Origin: Octopus vulgaris
Taxonomy: Eukaryota
DNA length: 64,000 nt
Direction of reading: 5' to 3'
Assembly (NCBI GenBank): GCA_951406725.2
Contig: OX597827.1
Location: forward strand, 41,788,001 to 41,852,000
This document shows, piece after piece, positions 44,983-59,809 of this stretch. Below the pieces are notes generated by a model. That model was given only the letters and a program-made list of their open reading frames with translations, was not told the DNA's origin and did no database searches. Numbering within the stretch: the first letter of the stretch is position 1; each line of letters starts with the position of its first letter. The position numbers and the translations under genes are program-made.

Positions 44983-45286
44983 TATTAGGTTGTCCGGAAA
45001 GTTCGTGCCGATTTATAGTCGCTTACGTTTCCACTTATTTTAGAACAGGGTTGAGTCCATAAAATAGGATTTGACTACACCTCCATTTAGAGCACGGTTT
45101 AAGCTATCTTTTCGTGGAAGAAGCTTTATGTTCCTATAACCTGTGTTAATTCTGTAACCCTTTAAAAGGGAAGATAAGAAAGTTCATTTTCGGCACTTGA
45201 TGCTTTGGGAACCAGACAAAAGTTGCTGCAGATTGGCTGGGATGTGTTACGCCACCCTCCATATTCACCAGATATTACTCCTTCGA
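44983..45286 (+). mobile_element. Left half of the deleted mariner
   Basis: One TIR, sequence runs to the YSPD motif then stops. Confidence 0.88.
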
Positions 45287-45873
45287 ATTAGTAATATACA
45301 AAAAGAAATTCCCCTGAATTGATATAACAAATTTAGAGCCCATTAAAAACACACACGAATCACACACATCGTAGACTACAAGAACCAAATGCATTCTAGT
45401 TGCTGAAAGGCTCAGTGTAACATTTAAAATGAACTTATAACATAGCACGTATATATATATATATAGCATGTATATATATACGTGTGTGCGGTGAATTCAC
45501 TAACAAACTATTAACCAACTGGGAGATATAACAGAAGGTACTGGGACAAGGTGAGACGCATTGGGACTAAGCTTGAAGTCACAGAGCTTCGAAGCGAACT
45601 TCTTGAACATCATCTATCGAGTCAGTATTTATGTTTACGTGCATCAACATGTGTATCACTTAGCGGTTCGATAATTAGATTTGGATAAAAAAAAATACTA
45701 GACTGAAATACGTACTAGGATCAATAAGATCGTCTAAACACTTAATGACGGGGCAAAGAGCATGGCTAGGATCCAGTAGCTGAAACCAGTCCAAGAATAA
45801 AATAGTATGTATGTATGTATGTATGTATGTATGTATGTATGTATGTATGTATGTATGTATGTATGTATGTATG

Positions 45874-45917
<44 letters not shown>

Positions 45918-46016
45918 TATATATATATACATACATATGCATACACACATACATATATATACATATATATATATAAGAATAAAATAGTAGGTATATATAT
46001 ATATGCATATATATAC

Positions 46017-46057
<41 letters not shown>

Positions 46058-46084
46058 CATGCATGCATACATACATACAAATAT

Positions 46085-46143
<59 letters not shown>

Positions 46144-46336
46144 GTACAATTAATGCTCCCCATTATACAATTCCTCTCTCTCTCGACATAGATATATACA
46201 AACATGAATGCGTGTATTTGTGTGCATCTGTAGAACTAAACTATACATTCACATGCATATATATATGCGTATCTATCTATTTATATATGTATATATGTAT
46301 GTATGTTTGTATGTATCTATTTGTCTATCTATCTAC

Positions 46337-46425
<89 letters not shown>

Positions 46426-46738
46426 CTTCTTTCTTTGCATGCATCTATCCACACATCTACATAACTACATCATTACATCTTTACATCTCTTTGGATATAT
46501 CTCCTCCATCTCCTAATCTCCCTTAATACTCGCATTCATGCCATTTATCGTAATCTCTCCCCCTCTCCTACCCCTTTCCGACCCTTTACCACCCAAGCTG
46601 ATTTCATCTTTCACTCTCCATCTAGCATTACTTCCCAATTGCCTTACAGTATCACGTAATTCCTCACACTTTCCCTCCAAATATTTACTTAGCAACTCCA
46701 AGTTTCTCGCTTACAAACTTTCCCTATCTCTTATCTCT

Positions 46739-46783
<45 letters not shown>

Positions 46784-47111
46784 ATGTCTATCTATCTGTC
46801 TATCCTTTCCTAATTTATTTTTGGGTATGATGGCATTCTAATTCTACCGTTAAAATACTATTTCTCTCTCTTTTTGGCCTTACTATATATAACCCGCTTT
46901 TTCTGTTATTCTTATTGTCTGCTTCTATTTTTCTATCTGTCTGTCTGTTTCTGGGGATATATTTCTCTCTCTCTCTCTCTGTGACTAAATATATATATAT
47001 ATATGCAACGTACACCCGACTTTTATTAACAGTAAGATCATATATATATATATATACATATATACACTTGTATATATGTGTGTGTGTATGTGTGCGCGTG
47101 CGTGTGTGCGC

Positions 47112-47163
<52 letters not shown>

Positions 47164-47224
47164 GTGTGTGTGCAGATAGATAGATAGAGAGCGAGAGACC
47201 GCTAGGAAGATAGTTATATAGTTA

Positions 47225-47325
<101 letters not shown>

Positions 47326-47888
47326 GACAGCCCCTGTCAGTATTACGTAACTCACTTCCATACATGAATAATAGATACCCTGTCACTACAAGCTTGTCAC
47401 GTGACAAAAGATCCTAACCCCTAACTGCAATCCCACCCATTACTTACTGTTCAATACATGACATCACTTACAACGACCTATCACGTGATGGTTCACTCCC
47501 AAAATTCTAACTACACCGTCCGCTCACACCGTTGTACGCTCTTTGTAAGTATTACCCAGCTTTCTCTAGCCCCAACTCGCCGCAAAAACTCTTGAAACTA
47601 TGACGTCATTTTCCGAACTCTCACATGACGTCAACTTCCGAGGCATCATCACATGACATAGCATCTAGCGAACCACCTGACTAGCAACACACTGTTGCTA
47701 GTCGAGTGGTTGTATCGTTTGATATACCTGTTACAGCATGCCGTGTTACGATAATATCAAACGCTGGTTTTTCACTGAATGTTCGATATTAGTAAAAGAG
47801 TGTTGCTGTTGTCGTCATTGTTATTGTTGTTGTTGTTGTTCATTTCAGAGTACATGTGTTTGTGTGTGTGTGCGTGTATGTTTGTGTG

Positions 47889-47973
<85 letters not shown>

Positions 47974-48205
47974 ATATACATCAGTATATATTTACATATA
48001 TGCACATGCATGTATGTATGTATGTGTGTGTGTGTGTGTGTGTGTCCGTGTTTGTGTGTGTATTTACATACAAATACAAACAAGTAAATAGTATGTGTAA
48101 ATAAATACAAAAAGCGCGGTCTCCTATCTTACTGGCACCACATAAAAGTTTTCAACAGTCGCACTCCAGCATGAGCGTAACCACTTGACTGAAACTTTTA
48201 ATAGA

Positions 48206-48277
<72 letters not shown>

Positions 48278-48319
48278 ATGTGTGTGTATGTGTGTGTGTG
48301 TGTATGCGTGTGTGTATAT

Positions 48320-48409
<90 letters not shown>

Positions 48410-48546
48410 TTTATATATATATATATTGTATATCTATATGTATATATATGTATTCATATATGCCTATACACACACACATACACACACACATATATATGTA
48501 TAATATATATATCTGCATGTGTGTGAGTATAAATGCATATGAGTAC

Positions 48547-48590
<44 letters not shown>

Positions 48591-48619
48591 ATGCATATAT
48601 TACTGGTGCAAACATGTCT

Positions 48620-48980
48620 ATGTGTTTCGGGTTCAGTCCCACTGTGCAGTAACTTCGTTATGTTTCGCCTACGATAGCCTTGGGCCGATCAAATCTTTGT
48701 GGATGAATTTAGTAAATGGAAACCGGAAAAAAAACCCCGTCGTTTATCTATTTAAATACATCAATGCGCATGTGCCATTGCATGTGTTTTTACCCCGCAC
48801 CATTACCGCTTGAGAACCGCTGTTAGTTCGCTAACGTTTCTGTTGCATAGTGGAATGGCAAAAGGGTCCGCTAAATTTAAGAACCTCACACGCACACTCA
48901 CAAAAAAGGGCACCTGTTCGACTGAATCCCTTCAAAGTGGTACCCCAGCAGGGGCACGGTGCAATGATTGAAGTAAAAGA
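48620..48980 (+). mobile_element. Diverged SINE family A
   Basis: gggttcagtcccactg...gactgaatcccttcaaagtggtaccccagca. Confidence 0.6.
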
Positions 48981-49045
48981 TCAAACGTAATAGATATGTG
49001 TGCTTGTATATATATATACATATACATATACATATACATACATAC

Positions 49046-49076
<31 letters not shown>

Positions 49077-49119
49077 TAAGAAAAAAGGTTTGAAAATGCA
49101 ATTTAAACGATGTTTATTT

Positions 49120-49160
49120 ACTTAACCGGTTTCACTCTTTGGTAAAAGATTGTCAAAAGT
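49120..49160 (-). ncRNA. Minimal hammerhead, U3-A8 variant
   Basis: ACTT-TTGACAA-T-CTTTT acca AAGAG-T-GAAA-CCGG-TT-AAGT. Confidence 0.62.
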
Positions 49161-49898
49161 TACATTTAAGGAAACATTGAATAATATGGGTTCAAAAAAA
49201 GTTTTTTACATAATTGTCACATTGAATATTATGCATTCAAAAAAGTTTTTTACATAATTGTCACATTGGATATTATGAATTCAAAAATGTTTTTTTATAC
49301 ATAATTGTCACATTATTTGGGAAAATTTGGCAGAAAAGGATAAAACAAATATATTATTGGGAATTGGTTGCGTTAATTATTGGTTGTCGCAAATTGTCAC
49401 ATTACATGTATATATATACAATCTTTGGTATATATATACAGCGTTTTGACAGCAAAAATTAAAATGGATTTTTTGTACATCTCAGAATATTTTAAGTATG
49501 TTTTTACTGACCTGTCAGTATTAGCAGAAAGGCTGAACTGAGAGAACAGAAGAAGTAGCCAATGTGGTGTATACTTCCCCTTTATGCATGAATGATTTTG
49601 GGGTTATCAGGAGGTTAGTATGCGGGTGTGAATAGATGTGTCCGTGCCTGCTGGTCAGACAGCGTCTGTTTGTCACACACATATATATACACACAAACAC
49701 ACACACACACAACAACACACACACACACACACACATAGTATACAAACACACACCACATACAAACAACACACACACACACACACAGAACACACACACCCAC
49801 ACACAACGCACCCACATATATCACATATACACACAGCACACAAATATAACATGTATCTATATATAACATACACAGATATATAACACACATACACACAC

Positions 49899-49940
<42 letters not shown>

Positions 49941-50737
49941 TACATACATAATATAAATATCACACAAATACACCTAGCATATATATACACACATACAATA
50001 CACACATACAGCATGTAAGTAATATACATACACAATATATGCATGCAATATACATACGCAATACATACATATAATATATATATATATATATAGACAATGC
50101 ATATACATATATACACATATACATATAAATAGTGTTTACATACACATACATAGATGTACCACATATACAAACAACACACATACATACAATGCATACACAT
50201 ACACGTACGCATACATATAATATATATACACACACACACACACATAACATACATACACACACAATGCATACATATATATACACGCAATGCATATACATGT
50301 ATTCATGCACATATAGTACACCTACAATATACATATATACAGTGCACACATACACACAAATATATACACTTAATTGTACACGTACATATACAATACACAT
50401 ACATACAATATACATATACACAATGCGCATGCAAATAATGTACATGTTTATACACACATAAACATGCAAATAAATATACACACACACACATACACACACA
50501 CATATATATATACACATATATATATATATACACACATACATACATACATACATACATGCACATACATATATTTTTTCACACACATACACACACATATATA
50601 TATATAAAAAATTCACCACCCCCACACACACAAATTACAAACCTATAGCGTACACACTCAAATATATCTCTACATGCCGCACATACACACAAACAAAGTA
50701 CTAACATATACACACATACCATGCATATACACACACA

Positions 50738-50776
<39 letters not shown>

Positions 50777-50947
50777 AAAACAGATACATATGTAAATACA
50801 TACACACGTACACAATGCTCACACACACACACACACACATACACACACACCCGCACACAGTGCACACACACACACACATATATACACACGTGCACACACA
50901 CATACAACGCGCGCACACACACACATATACACACACACGCACACAGT

Positions 50948-50993
<46 letters not shown>

Positions 50994-52110
50994 ACATACA
51001 TCACCTACATATATATAATGCATGCGTGTGCATGCCACGTATGTGTGCGGTCAATGCCTGCTAGTGTGTCCTATGCGTGCCGATGCGCGCATGTGCCCGC
51101 CCGCGCGATATGCTGTGAGCGTGCGCGCGTCCCTGTGTGCTTGCTCTGGATGTGCTTCCAGGGGGTATGTTAGAGTATGTTTAGTTGTGGTCTGTATTTT
51201 TGAATAAGATTACTTTCCTTATTTATTCGTGTTTGGTCTGTGGTGTTGTCCGAGCATTGGTATAGTGGGAAGACTAAGAATTTGGGGGACTTATTGTGTG
51301 CACAAAGGTCTAAGTGTCCACTTAGTGGTATCTGTCTTGTGGAGGGGTCCCTCAGTTGTTGTCGGTGAACTGTCATTCTGTCTCTGAGGGTAAGGCTCGT
51401 TTGCCCTATGTAGTCTTCGTGGCATCCTTCACACCTTATGACGTAGAGTAAATTTTTTGATGCGCACGTGAAGTTATTTTTTATGATGAATGTGTGTCCC
51501 GAGTGGAACTTGTACGACGATCCCTCAATGAGGTGGATGCAGGTCTTACAGTTGGGGCGACCACATTTTTTGATGGTGGGCGGTGGGTTTGTGTTGTGTA
51601 ATTTTGCGTTGGTGAGGAGGTTTTTTAGGGATTTAGGTTGTCTCTTACTTTTTATTATTTTATGAGCTGCCAGTATTTTTTCAGGCGTGGGTCTTGATTT
51701 AGTTGTGGAATGTTGTTGTATATAATAGTGTAAGCTTCTGCATTCCTTGGGTTGTGTGTTGAGAGATAAGGAGGCTATTGACTGTACTGTGGATATGTTT
51801 GGGTTTTCGAAGGTCTTGAATGTTGATTGATTTGGCCCGTTCTATTCCGTTGTCTACTAGTGATGCCGGGTAATGTCTTTCGAGAAGAATTGCCCTTAGT
51901 TCCCGGAGTCTTCTATTTCGTGTTGTGTCATTTGAGACAATAGTGCAGATTCTTCTCGCTAGGTTGAAGGGGATATTTGTCTTTGTGTGTTTTGGGTGAT
52001 TGGAGGTGAATAGAAGGTATTGTTTAGAGTCAGTGGGTTTGTAATGGATGTCAGTTTCAATGTTGACGCCTTTTTTAATGATTAGGATGTCAAGAAAAGG
52101 GAGTTGGTCC

Positions 52111-52544
52111 ATGGATTTTTTGTACATCTCAGAATATTTTAAGTATGTTTTTACTGACCTGTCAGTATTAGCAGAAAGGCTGAACTGAGAGAACAGAAGA
52201 AGTAGCCAATGTGGTGTATACTTCCCCTTTATGCATGAATGATTTTGGGGTTATCAGGAGGTTAGTATGCGGGTGTGAATAGATGTGTCCGTGCCTGCTG
52301 GTCAGACAGCGTCTGTTTGTCAGGACCGGTCCTGACAAACAGACGCTGTCTGACCAGCAGGCACGGACACATCTATTCACACCCGCATACTAACCTCCTG
52401 ATAACCCCAAAATCATTCATGCATAAAGGGGAAGTATACACCACATTGGCTACTTCTTCTGTTCTCTCAGTTCAGCCTTTCTGCTAATACTGACAGGTCA
52501 GTAAAAACATACTTAAAATATTCTGAGATGTACAAAAAATCCAT
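52111..52544. repeat. Perfect 434-bp palindrome, no spacer
   Basis: Centre 52327/52328 (caggacc|ggtcctg); ORF track gives the identical 70-aa peptide on both strands. Confidence 0.95.
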
Positions 52545-52892
52545 TTTAATTTTTGCTGTCAAAACGCTGTATATATATACCAAAGATTGTATATATATAC
52601 ATGTAATGTGACAATTTGCGACAACCAATAATTAACGCAACCAATTCCCAATAATATATTTGTTTTATCCTTTTCTGCCAAATTTTCCCAAATAATGTGA
52701 CAATTATGTATAAAAAAACATTTTTGAATTCATAATATCCAATGTGACAATTATGTAAAAAACTTTTTTGAATGCATAATATTCAATGTGACAATTATGT
52801 AAAAAACTTTTTTTGAATGCATAATATTCAATGTGACAATTATGTAAAAAACTTTTTTTGAACCCATATTATTCAATGTTTCCTTAAATGTA

Positions 52893-52933
52893 ACTTTTGA
52901 CAATCTTTTACCAAAGAGTGAAACCGGTTAAGT
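52893..52933 (+). ncRNA. Minimal hammerhead, U3-A8 variant (second copy)
   Basis: Exact reverse complement of 49120-49160. Confidence 0.62.
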
Positions 52934-53010
52934 AAATAAACATCGTTTAAATTGCATTTTCAAACCTTTTTTCTTATATAATCCCACTCGTGCGATACCC
53001 CACAACTCAA

Positions 53011-53097
<87 letters not shown>

Positions 53098-53150
53098 GTA
53101 TATATATATATATATATATATGAATATATGTGTATACATATATGTATATG

Positions 53151-53194
<44 letters not shown>

Positions 53195-53196
53195 CA

Positions 53197-53253
<57 letters not shown>

Positions 53254-53345
53254 ACATATGCTCGGCCGATTGAGGTCGACGAGCTAAATTTTAGTAACGA
53301 GCCTACGGAAGTTAAAGTTCCGTGGAGCCGAATCAAACAATTTGA

Positions 53346-53413
<68 letters not shown>

Positions 53414-53493
53414 TCCTTTCTACTGGAGGCAGAAGGCTTCAAATTTGGTGGGAGGGGGTCTAGTCAGTTACATCGGCGCTAGTGTTTCACTGG

Positions 53494-54007
53494 TATAAGG
53501 TGTGACAGAGAGGACAGACGTTTTTGAAAAATTCACAAAATCATTAATTTTAGCTGCAAACAAATTTTATTGACATCAATATGTTCGTAGTGAATAAATA
53601 TTTGTCAAAATAAAGTGTGGAATACAACATCCATCATGTGGTGTCTGTTTTCATTGACGCATTTCTGAAGGCGTTCCAGGGACGGTACCGTCTGTGGCGC
53701 CCCCACCGGTTTCCTATTTGTTAGTGTACATCGTGTGCGAGGTGCATTCACCCAACGTGAGACTGTGTTACGGGAGGGAACAGTCTGATTTCGGTGAATG
53801 TTGAAGCGACGCCGAAACTCAGGTTGACAGACTCGTTATTTTTCACCTAATTGTCGTAGGCAAACACGTGATACTGCATCGTCCATAGCGCCATGGTTTC
53901 AACTGAAAAGAAAAAACAAATGACTAAGGACCGAATTGCACCTGTCTGACATATGTCCCTTCCTCTGGGGCCGAGTAATAGCCATTTCAAACACGTCCGT
54001 CCTCTCT
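53494..54007 (-). mobile_element. Internally deleted Tc1/mariner-superfamily element (rosa/DUF4817-like)
   Basis: Imperfect TIRs agagaggacagacgtttttgaaa / tttcaaacacgtccgtcctctct; minus strand FRRRFNIH..VPSRNTVSRWV joined to ERLQKCVNENRHHMMDVVF. Confidence 0.7.
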
Positions 54008-54036
54008 AAGCATTTCGTCCGATGATGATGATGATG

Positions 54037-54475
<439 letters not shown>

Positions 54476-54479
54476 AATA

Positions 54480-54586
54480 ATAACACCAACATAACACCAA
54501 CATGAACTTCCAGCTTGTTGCCTCTTGAGGTCTCTGGGTGAGACATGGAGCCAGCTTGTGCAAATGTAAAGCAAAAGTCAAACATA

Positions 54587-54588
<2 letters not shown>
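54480..54588 (+). mobile_element. R4/Dong-like 3'UTR (family 2)
   Basis: Reverse complement of 11215-11310, followed by (TAA)n. Confidence 0.8.
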
Positions 54589-54625
<37 letters not shown>

Positions 54626-54665
54626 TGATGATGATGATGATGATAATAATAATGATAATAATAAC

Positions 54666-54733
<68 letters not shown>

Positions 54734-54918
54734 TAATAATGATAATGATAATAATGATAATAACAATAATAATAATGATAATAATAATAATAATAATAAT
54801 AACAACAAGAACAACAACAACAACAACAACTACAACAACAGCAACAGCAACGACAGCAGCAACAGCAACAACAACAACAACAACAACAGCAACAATAATA
54901 ATAATGATAATAATAATG

Positions 54919-54984
<66 letters not shown>

Positions 54985-55114
54985 TTTAAAGGCATGCTTT
55001 TATCATGTTTGCTCTCTCTCTTCACATTGATTAATAGCTTTTTGTTATTCAGAATAGTGTGTAATGTGTCATGGAGCAGTTTACAACTAAGCAACGCGTT
55101 TTCATCATGAAGAC

Positions 55115-55182
<68 letters not shown>

Positions 55183-55234
55183 GTCTGTCTGTCTGTCTGT
55201 CTGACTTTCTATCTATCTATCTATCTATCTATCA

Positions 55235-55283
<49 letters not shown>

Positions 55284-55319
55284 CTTATCTATCTATCTAT
55301 CCATCTATCCATCCATAGT

Positions 55320-55351
<32 letters not shown>

Positions 55352-55389
55352 CATCTATCCATCCATAGTTCTCTCTCTCTCTCTCCCTC

Positions 55390-55440
<51 letters not shown>

Positions 55441-55475
55441 CTATCTATCTATCTATCTATCTATCCATCCATAGT

Positions 55476-55507
<32 letters not shown>

Positions 55508-55523
55508 CATCTATCCATCCATA

Positions 55524-55561
<38 letters not shown>

Positions 55562-55959
55562 TCTATCTATCTATCTATCTATCTATCTATCGTGCGCATG
55601 TTTATGCTTAACTTTCGTATATTTGTGCGACTGTTGGGTACTTCTATGGTTTCCTAAGTGCATCTGTACCTTCCGTCATATGACTGCAATGTACGCGTGC
55701 AGTTACATAATTACCTACGTTTCCTGCATTTCTGTGTCTGCTTTTCTTATTTGTGTGGTTTGTCTGCTATTTCTGTTTACTAAAATTTAATGAACATTAA
55801 TCATAAGAGAATAAATACAAACTATCCAGACATATTCACGCACGCACGCACGCACACACACATATACAATCAAATACATACATACATACTTATACATATA
55901 TGCGTGTGTATGTATGTGTATGTATATATATATATATATATATATGCATATATATATAT

Positions 55960-56047
<88 letters not shown>

Positions 56048-56051
<4 letters not shown>

Positions 56052-56179
56052 TTCCCAACCTCGTGGATGTGGGTTCACTCCCACTGTGTGACACCTTGGC
56101 CAAGTGTCTTCTACTATACCCACGTACTGACCAAAGCCTTGTCAGTGGATTTGGTAGACGGAAACTGAAGAAACTCGTC

Positions 56180-56243
<64 letters not shown>

Positions 56244-56465
56244 ATGTGTGTGTATGTGTGTCTTTGTATTTTTGTTTGTCCCCCTACCGTCGCTTGACGA
56301 CCAATGTTGGTCTGTTTACGTCACTCTCCCTAGCGGTTCGGCAAAAGAAACTGATAGAATAAATAGCAAGCTTACAAAGAATTAGTCCTGGGGTCGATTT
56401 ATTCGACTAAAAGGCGGTGCTCCAGCATGGCCACAGTCAAATGACTGAAACAAATAAAAGAAAAA
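56048..56465 (+). mobile_element. SINE family A
   Basis: Match to 21217-21600. Confidence 0.85.
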
Positions 56466-56475
56466 ATGAATAAAA

Positions 56476-56515
<40 letters not shown>

Positions 56516-57047
56516 ATTAATAATACAATAATTGTTTCTTGTCAGGAACAAAAAAAGTTTAATAGGACTGCTATAGAAGTGCTCTATTGGAAGAGACAAA
56601 AATATCAAACTAAAATCATTGAACAAACAAATGCAAGGTCATCCGCATATCATTTCATAATTCGAACATTTAATTATAGAATAAACATATAACCCGCAAG
56701 ATGGAACAAAATTCATATGTATAGCACGTAATAATAATAATATGGTGCGAGAAAAATTCTTATCATTAAAAATTTAGAATTAATATTTTAGCGATTCAAA
56801 GAAAATACATTAATAAAAGGACGTAGAAAGTAAAATATAATATAAGTAATTTATAAAAATATATAGGTATATAAAAATATAGGCATATAAAAATATATAA
56901 AACATATATAAATATATATACATATAGGAGCATATAAAAAAATATATAATATATATATCATGTAAATAAAGTAAAATAAGGTTCATTGTTTAGAAATCTT
57001 ATTCAGGTAAAATAAGCCTTATATTTAAGAAGGAAATCATGTTTACT

Positions 57048-57128
57048 TATCCCTATGGCCATGTCAGGGATGTATTATGTTTAAAGCACTAGGGTGCATT
57101 CAGATAATACCTCCTTCGTCAGGGGAAA
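57048..57128 (-). ncRNA. Degenerate hammerhead (GAAA to GACA)
   Basis: TCCC-CTGACGA-AGGAGGTATTAT...ATAATACATCCCT-GACA-TGGCCA-TA-GGGA; abuts (TA)n. Confidence 0.58.
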
Positions 57129-57470
57129 AATATATATATATATAAACACTAAGATAGACATCACGCACCAAGCCCGTACGGTGTTGTTTGCTTTCCCACT
57201 GTGGTATTCATATACACAGATGCACATATATGCAGTTATGTACGTACACACTCACTGAAACATGTGTGCCTGTGTCGGTGCACATTCAAAGACAGTGAAC
57301 AGTAATTGACGAAACCGGTATGTCGGAATAGTAATTGACGAAACCGGAATTATTTTAGTAATTCAAAATGACTTTTATTGGTCTTAATTCTACGTCAGTT
57401 CATCTAATTGTATATATTTATCATTACTTTTCATAAAAAAAGCCATTATTTTTTAAATATCCAATGTGCA

Positions 57471-57539
57471 TATGTATACATATACACACATAAATACGTA
57501 TACGTTTAAGTATGTATGTATATGAGTGCATATGTGTGC

Positions 57540-57594
<55 letters not shown>

Positions 57595-58324
57595 TACACG
57601 CACGCGTGTGTGTATATATATACACATGTGTGGATTAGTGGTTTGGGCATTCTGTTCACGATCGTAAGGTCGTGAGTTCAATTCCTGGCGACGCGTTGTA
57701 TTCTTGACCAACACACATTATTTCCCGTTGCTCCAGTCCACTCGGCTGGCAAAAATGGGTAGTACTTGTATTTCAAAGGACCAGACTCTGTGTCACGTTG
57801 AATCTCCCTTAGAACTTCATTAAGGGTACACATGACTGTGGAATGCTCAGCCACATGCACGTTAATTTCACCAGCAAGCTGTTCCGTTGATAGGATCAGT
57901 AGGACCCTCGCCGTCTTAACCGACGGAGTGCTTCTAAATATATGTGTATATATATGTGCGTGTATATATATATATATGTGCGTGTATATATATATATATA
58001 TATATGAAGTTCTAAGAGAGATTCAACGTGACACAGAGTCTGACCGTATGAAATACAAGTACTACCCATTTTTGCCAGCCGAGTGGACTGGAGCAACGTG
58101 AAATGATGTGTCTTGGTCAAGAACACAACGCGTCGTCGGGAATTGAACTCACGATCTTACCATCATGAACGGAATGCCCAAACCACTAATCCACACATGT
58201 GTATATATATATACACACACGATACGTTTATATATATATATATATATATACACACACGCACACATATACACTCATACATACATACTTAAACACATACGTA
58301 TTTATGTGTGTATATGTATACATA
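57471..58324. repeat. Inverted duplication of a SINE head plus its flank
   Basis: 57471-57820 versus 58004-58324; B-box gagttcaattcc in both arms. Confidence 0.88.
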
Positions 58325-58326
58325 CT

Positions 58327-58372
<46 letters not shown>

Positions 58373-59809
58373 CTCTTTTCTCTTTACTCTTTTACTTGTT
58401 TCAGTCATTTGATTGCGGCCATGCTGGAGCACCGCCTTCATTATATATATATAGATATATGCATTCATACGTACATGTTTATATACTTATTAAAGTGATA
58501 TATATTCGTAAATGCGGTGTTTTATATGTGTGTGTGTATGCGTGTGGGGGTGTGTATATGTGTGCATATATATGTATATGTGTGTTTGTATATATATATG
58601 TGTGTATATATATGTGTGTTTGTATATATATATATGTGTGTGTTTATGTGTATATATATATATACGTGTGTGTATGTGTGTGTGTATAAATATACATGTG
58701 TGTATGTGTGTATATATTGAGAGATATACACTCACAATCATGTAAATACACACAATTGGCTCCACAGAATTGTAATTATTACCTAATGCACATTACGATT
58801 TTTTAGCTTTCTTTTTCTGCAAATTGGATGGTGCTTCATTTCATCGTTACTTAGTATTTCCTAACCTTCATGCTCATCTATGAGAATCCTTTGGCACAAA
58901 GAGTACCAAATTATAAATAGCAATGAAGCGAGGCGCCAGTTGATTATAAATAAATCATAATCTCCTTACAATGATGGTTATGCGGCGATGTGTGTATATG
59001 AAACCGAAATCTCTCTCTTTCTTTATCACTCTTCCCCAATAAATCAAATTGTAGAAAATTCAATTAGTGATAATTTTTTTTTTAGTACAACCTCTCGTTT
59101 AATATATCTATTTCGATTCTCTGCAAATAGCTTCACAATTTTAGTAATATATTTTCAGTCTCATTAAAATAAAAAAAATATTTTGTAAATGCATACCAAA
59201 TGAAGTGCGTTAGATAATGGATAGAAGAAATATTCACTCTAAATTAAAAAGTAATTTAAACTATAATATGGTTTTCGTGTTTCTGTAATCGTTGAAGGTT
59301 AACGCGTTTAGATTTCTTTGAAATCTGTATATTTATTTAATTAACAGAAGAGGCGTACTGCAGCTTTTGTAAATAACACTATTTTTTTTTTTTTTTAAAC
59401 CAGGTACGTTCAACATCAAACATACCAGGCTTTTGGTGAATGAACAAAATTCGGCCGTTATTCGGCCTGCTGACAAAGCAGTCAAAACACAAATGACACT
59501 CATAAATGAATCTATATTGGCCTATATAGTTTCTGATGGCTTGCAGCCCGCTTATCCATGCAGAAACATTACCTTAAAATAAGAATAGTCATCGAGTTGA
59601 AAAACCACCAAAAAATTATTCACACCTTCATCTATCTAGTTGTTAAACCAGTGTATGTGTGTATGAATGTATGTTCACATAAAAATATATGTAAGCCTGT
59701 CTTTAGTATTATATATATAAAACACACTAATCAAATAAAGTGGCTATTGTTTCTGTATTGATGAATAGATAAACAGCTTTTTTTTTTATTATAAGAGGCT
59801 TTTTAGGCA

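Larger units (their letters stand above)
49076..52977 (-). mobile_element. Penelope-like element with inverted pseudo-LTRs
   Basis: LPFLDILI...HYKPTDSKQYL...HPKH (51699-52110); GIY-YIG region 51170-51500; 49076-49675 inverted at 52333-52977. Confidence 0.92.

Noticed and set aside
49178-49315. CRISPR-like ~44-bp periodicity
   Set aside because: No unique spacers, no cas genes, eukaryotic context; it is a minisatellite
52168-52487. Identical 70-aa ORF on both strands
   Set aside because: A by-product of the palindrome; no protein motif
55071-55116. [15 protein letters not shown], like a Tc1/rosa transposase start
   Set aside because: Only 15 codons before microsatellite; too short to call
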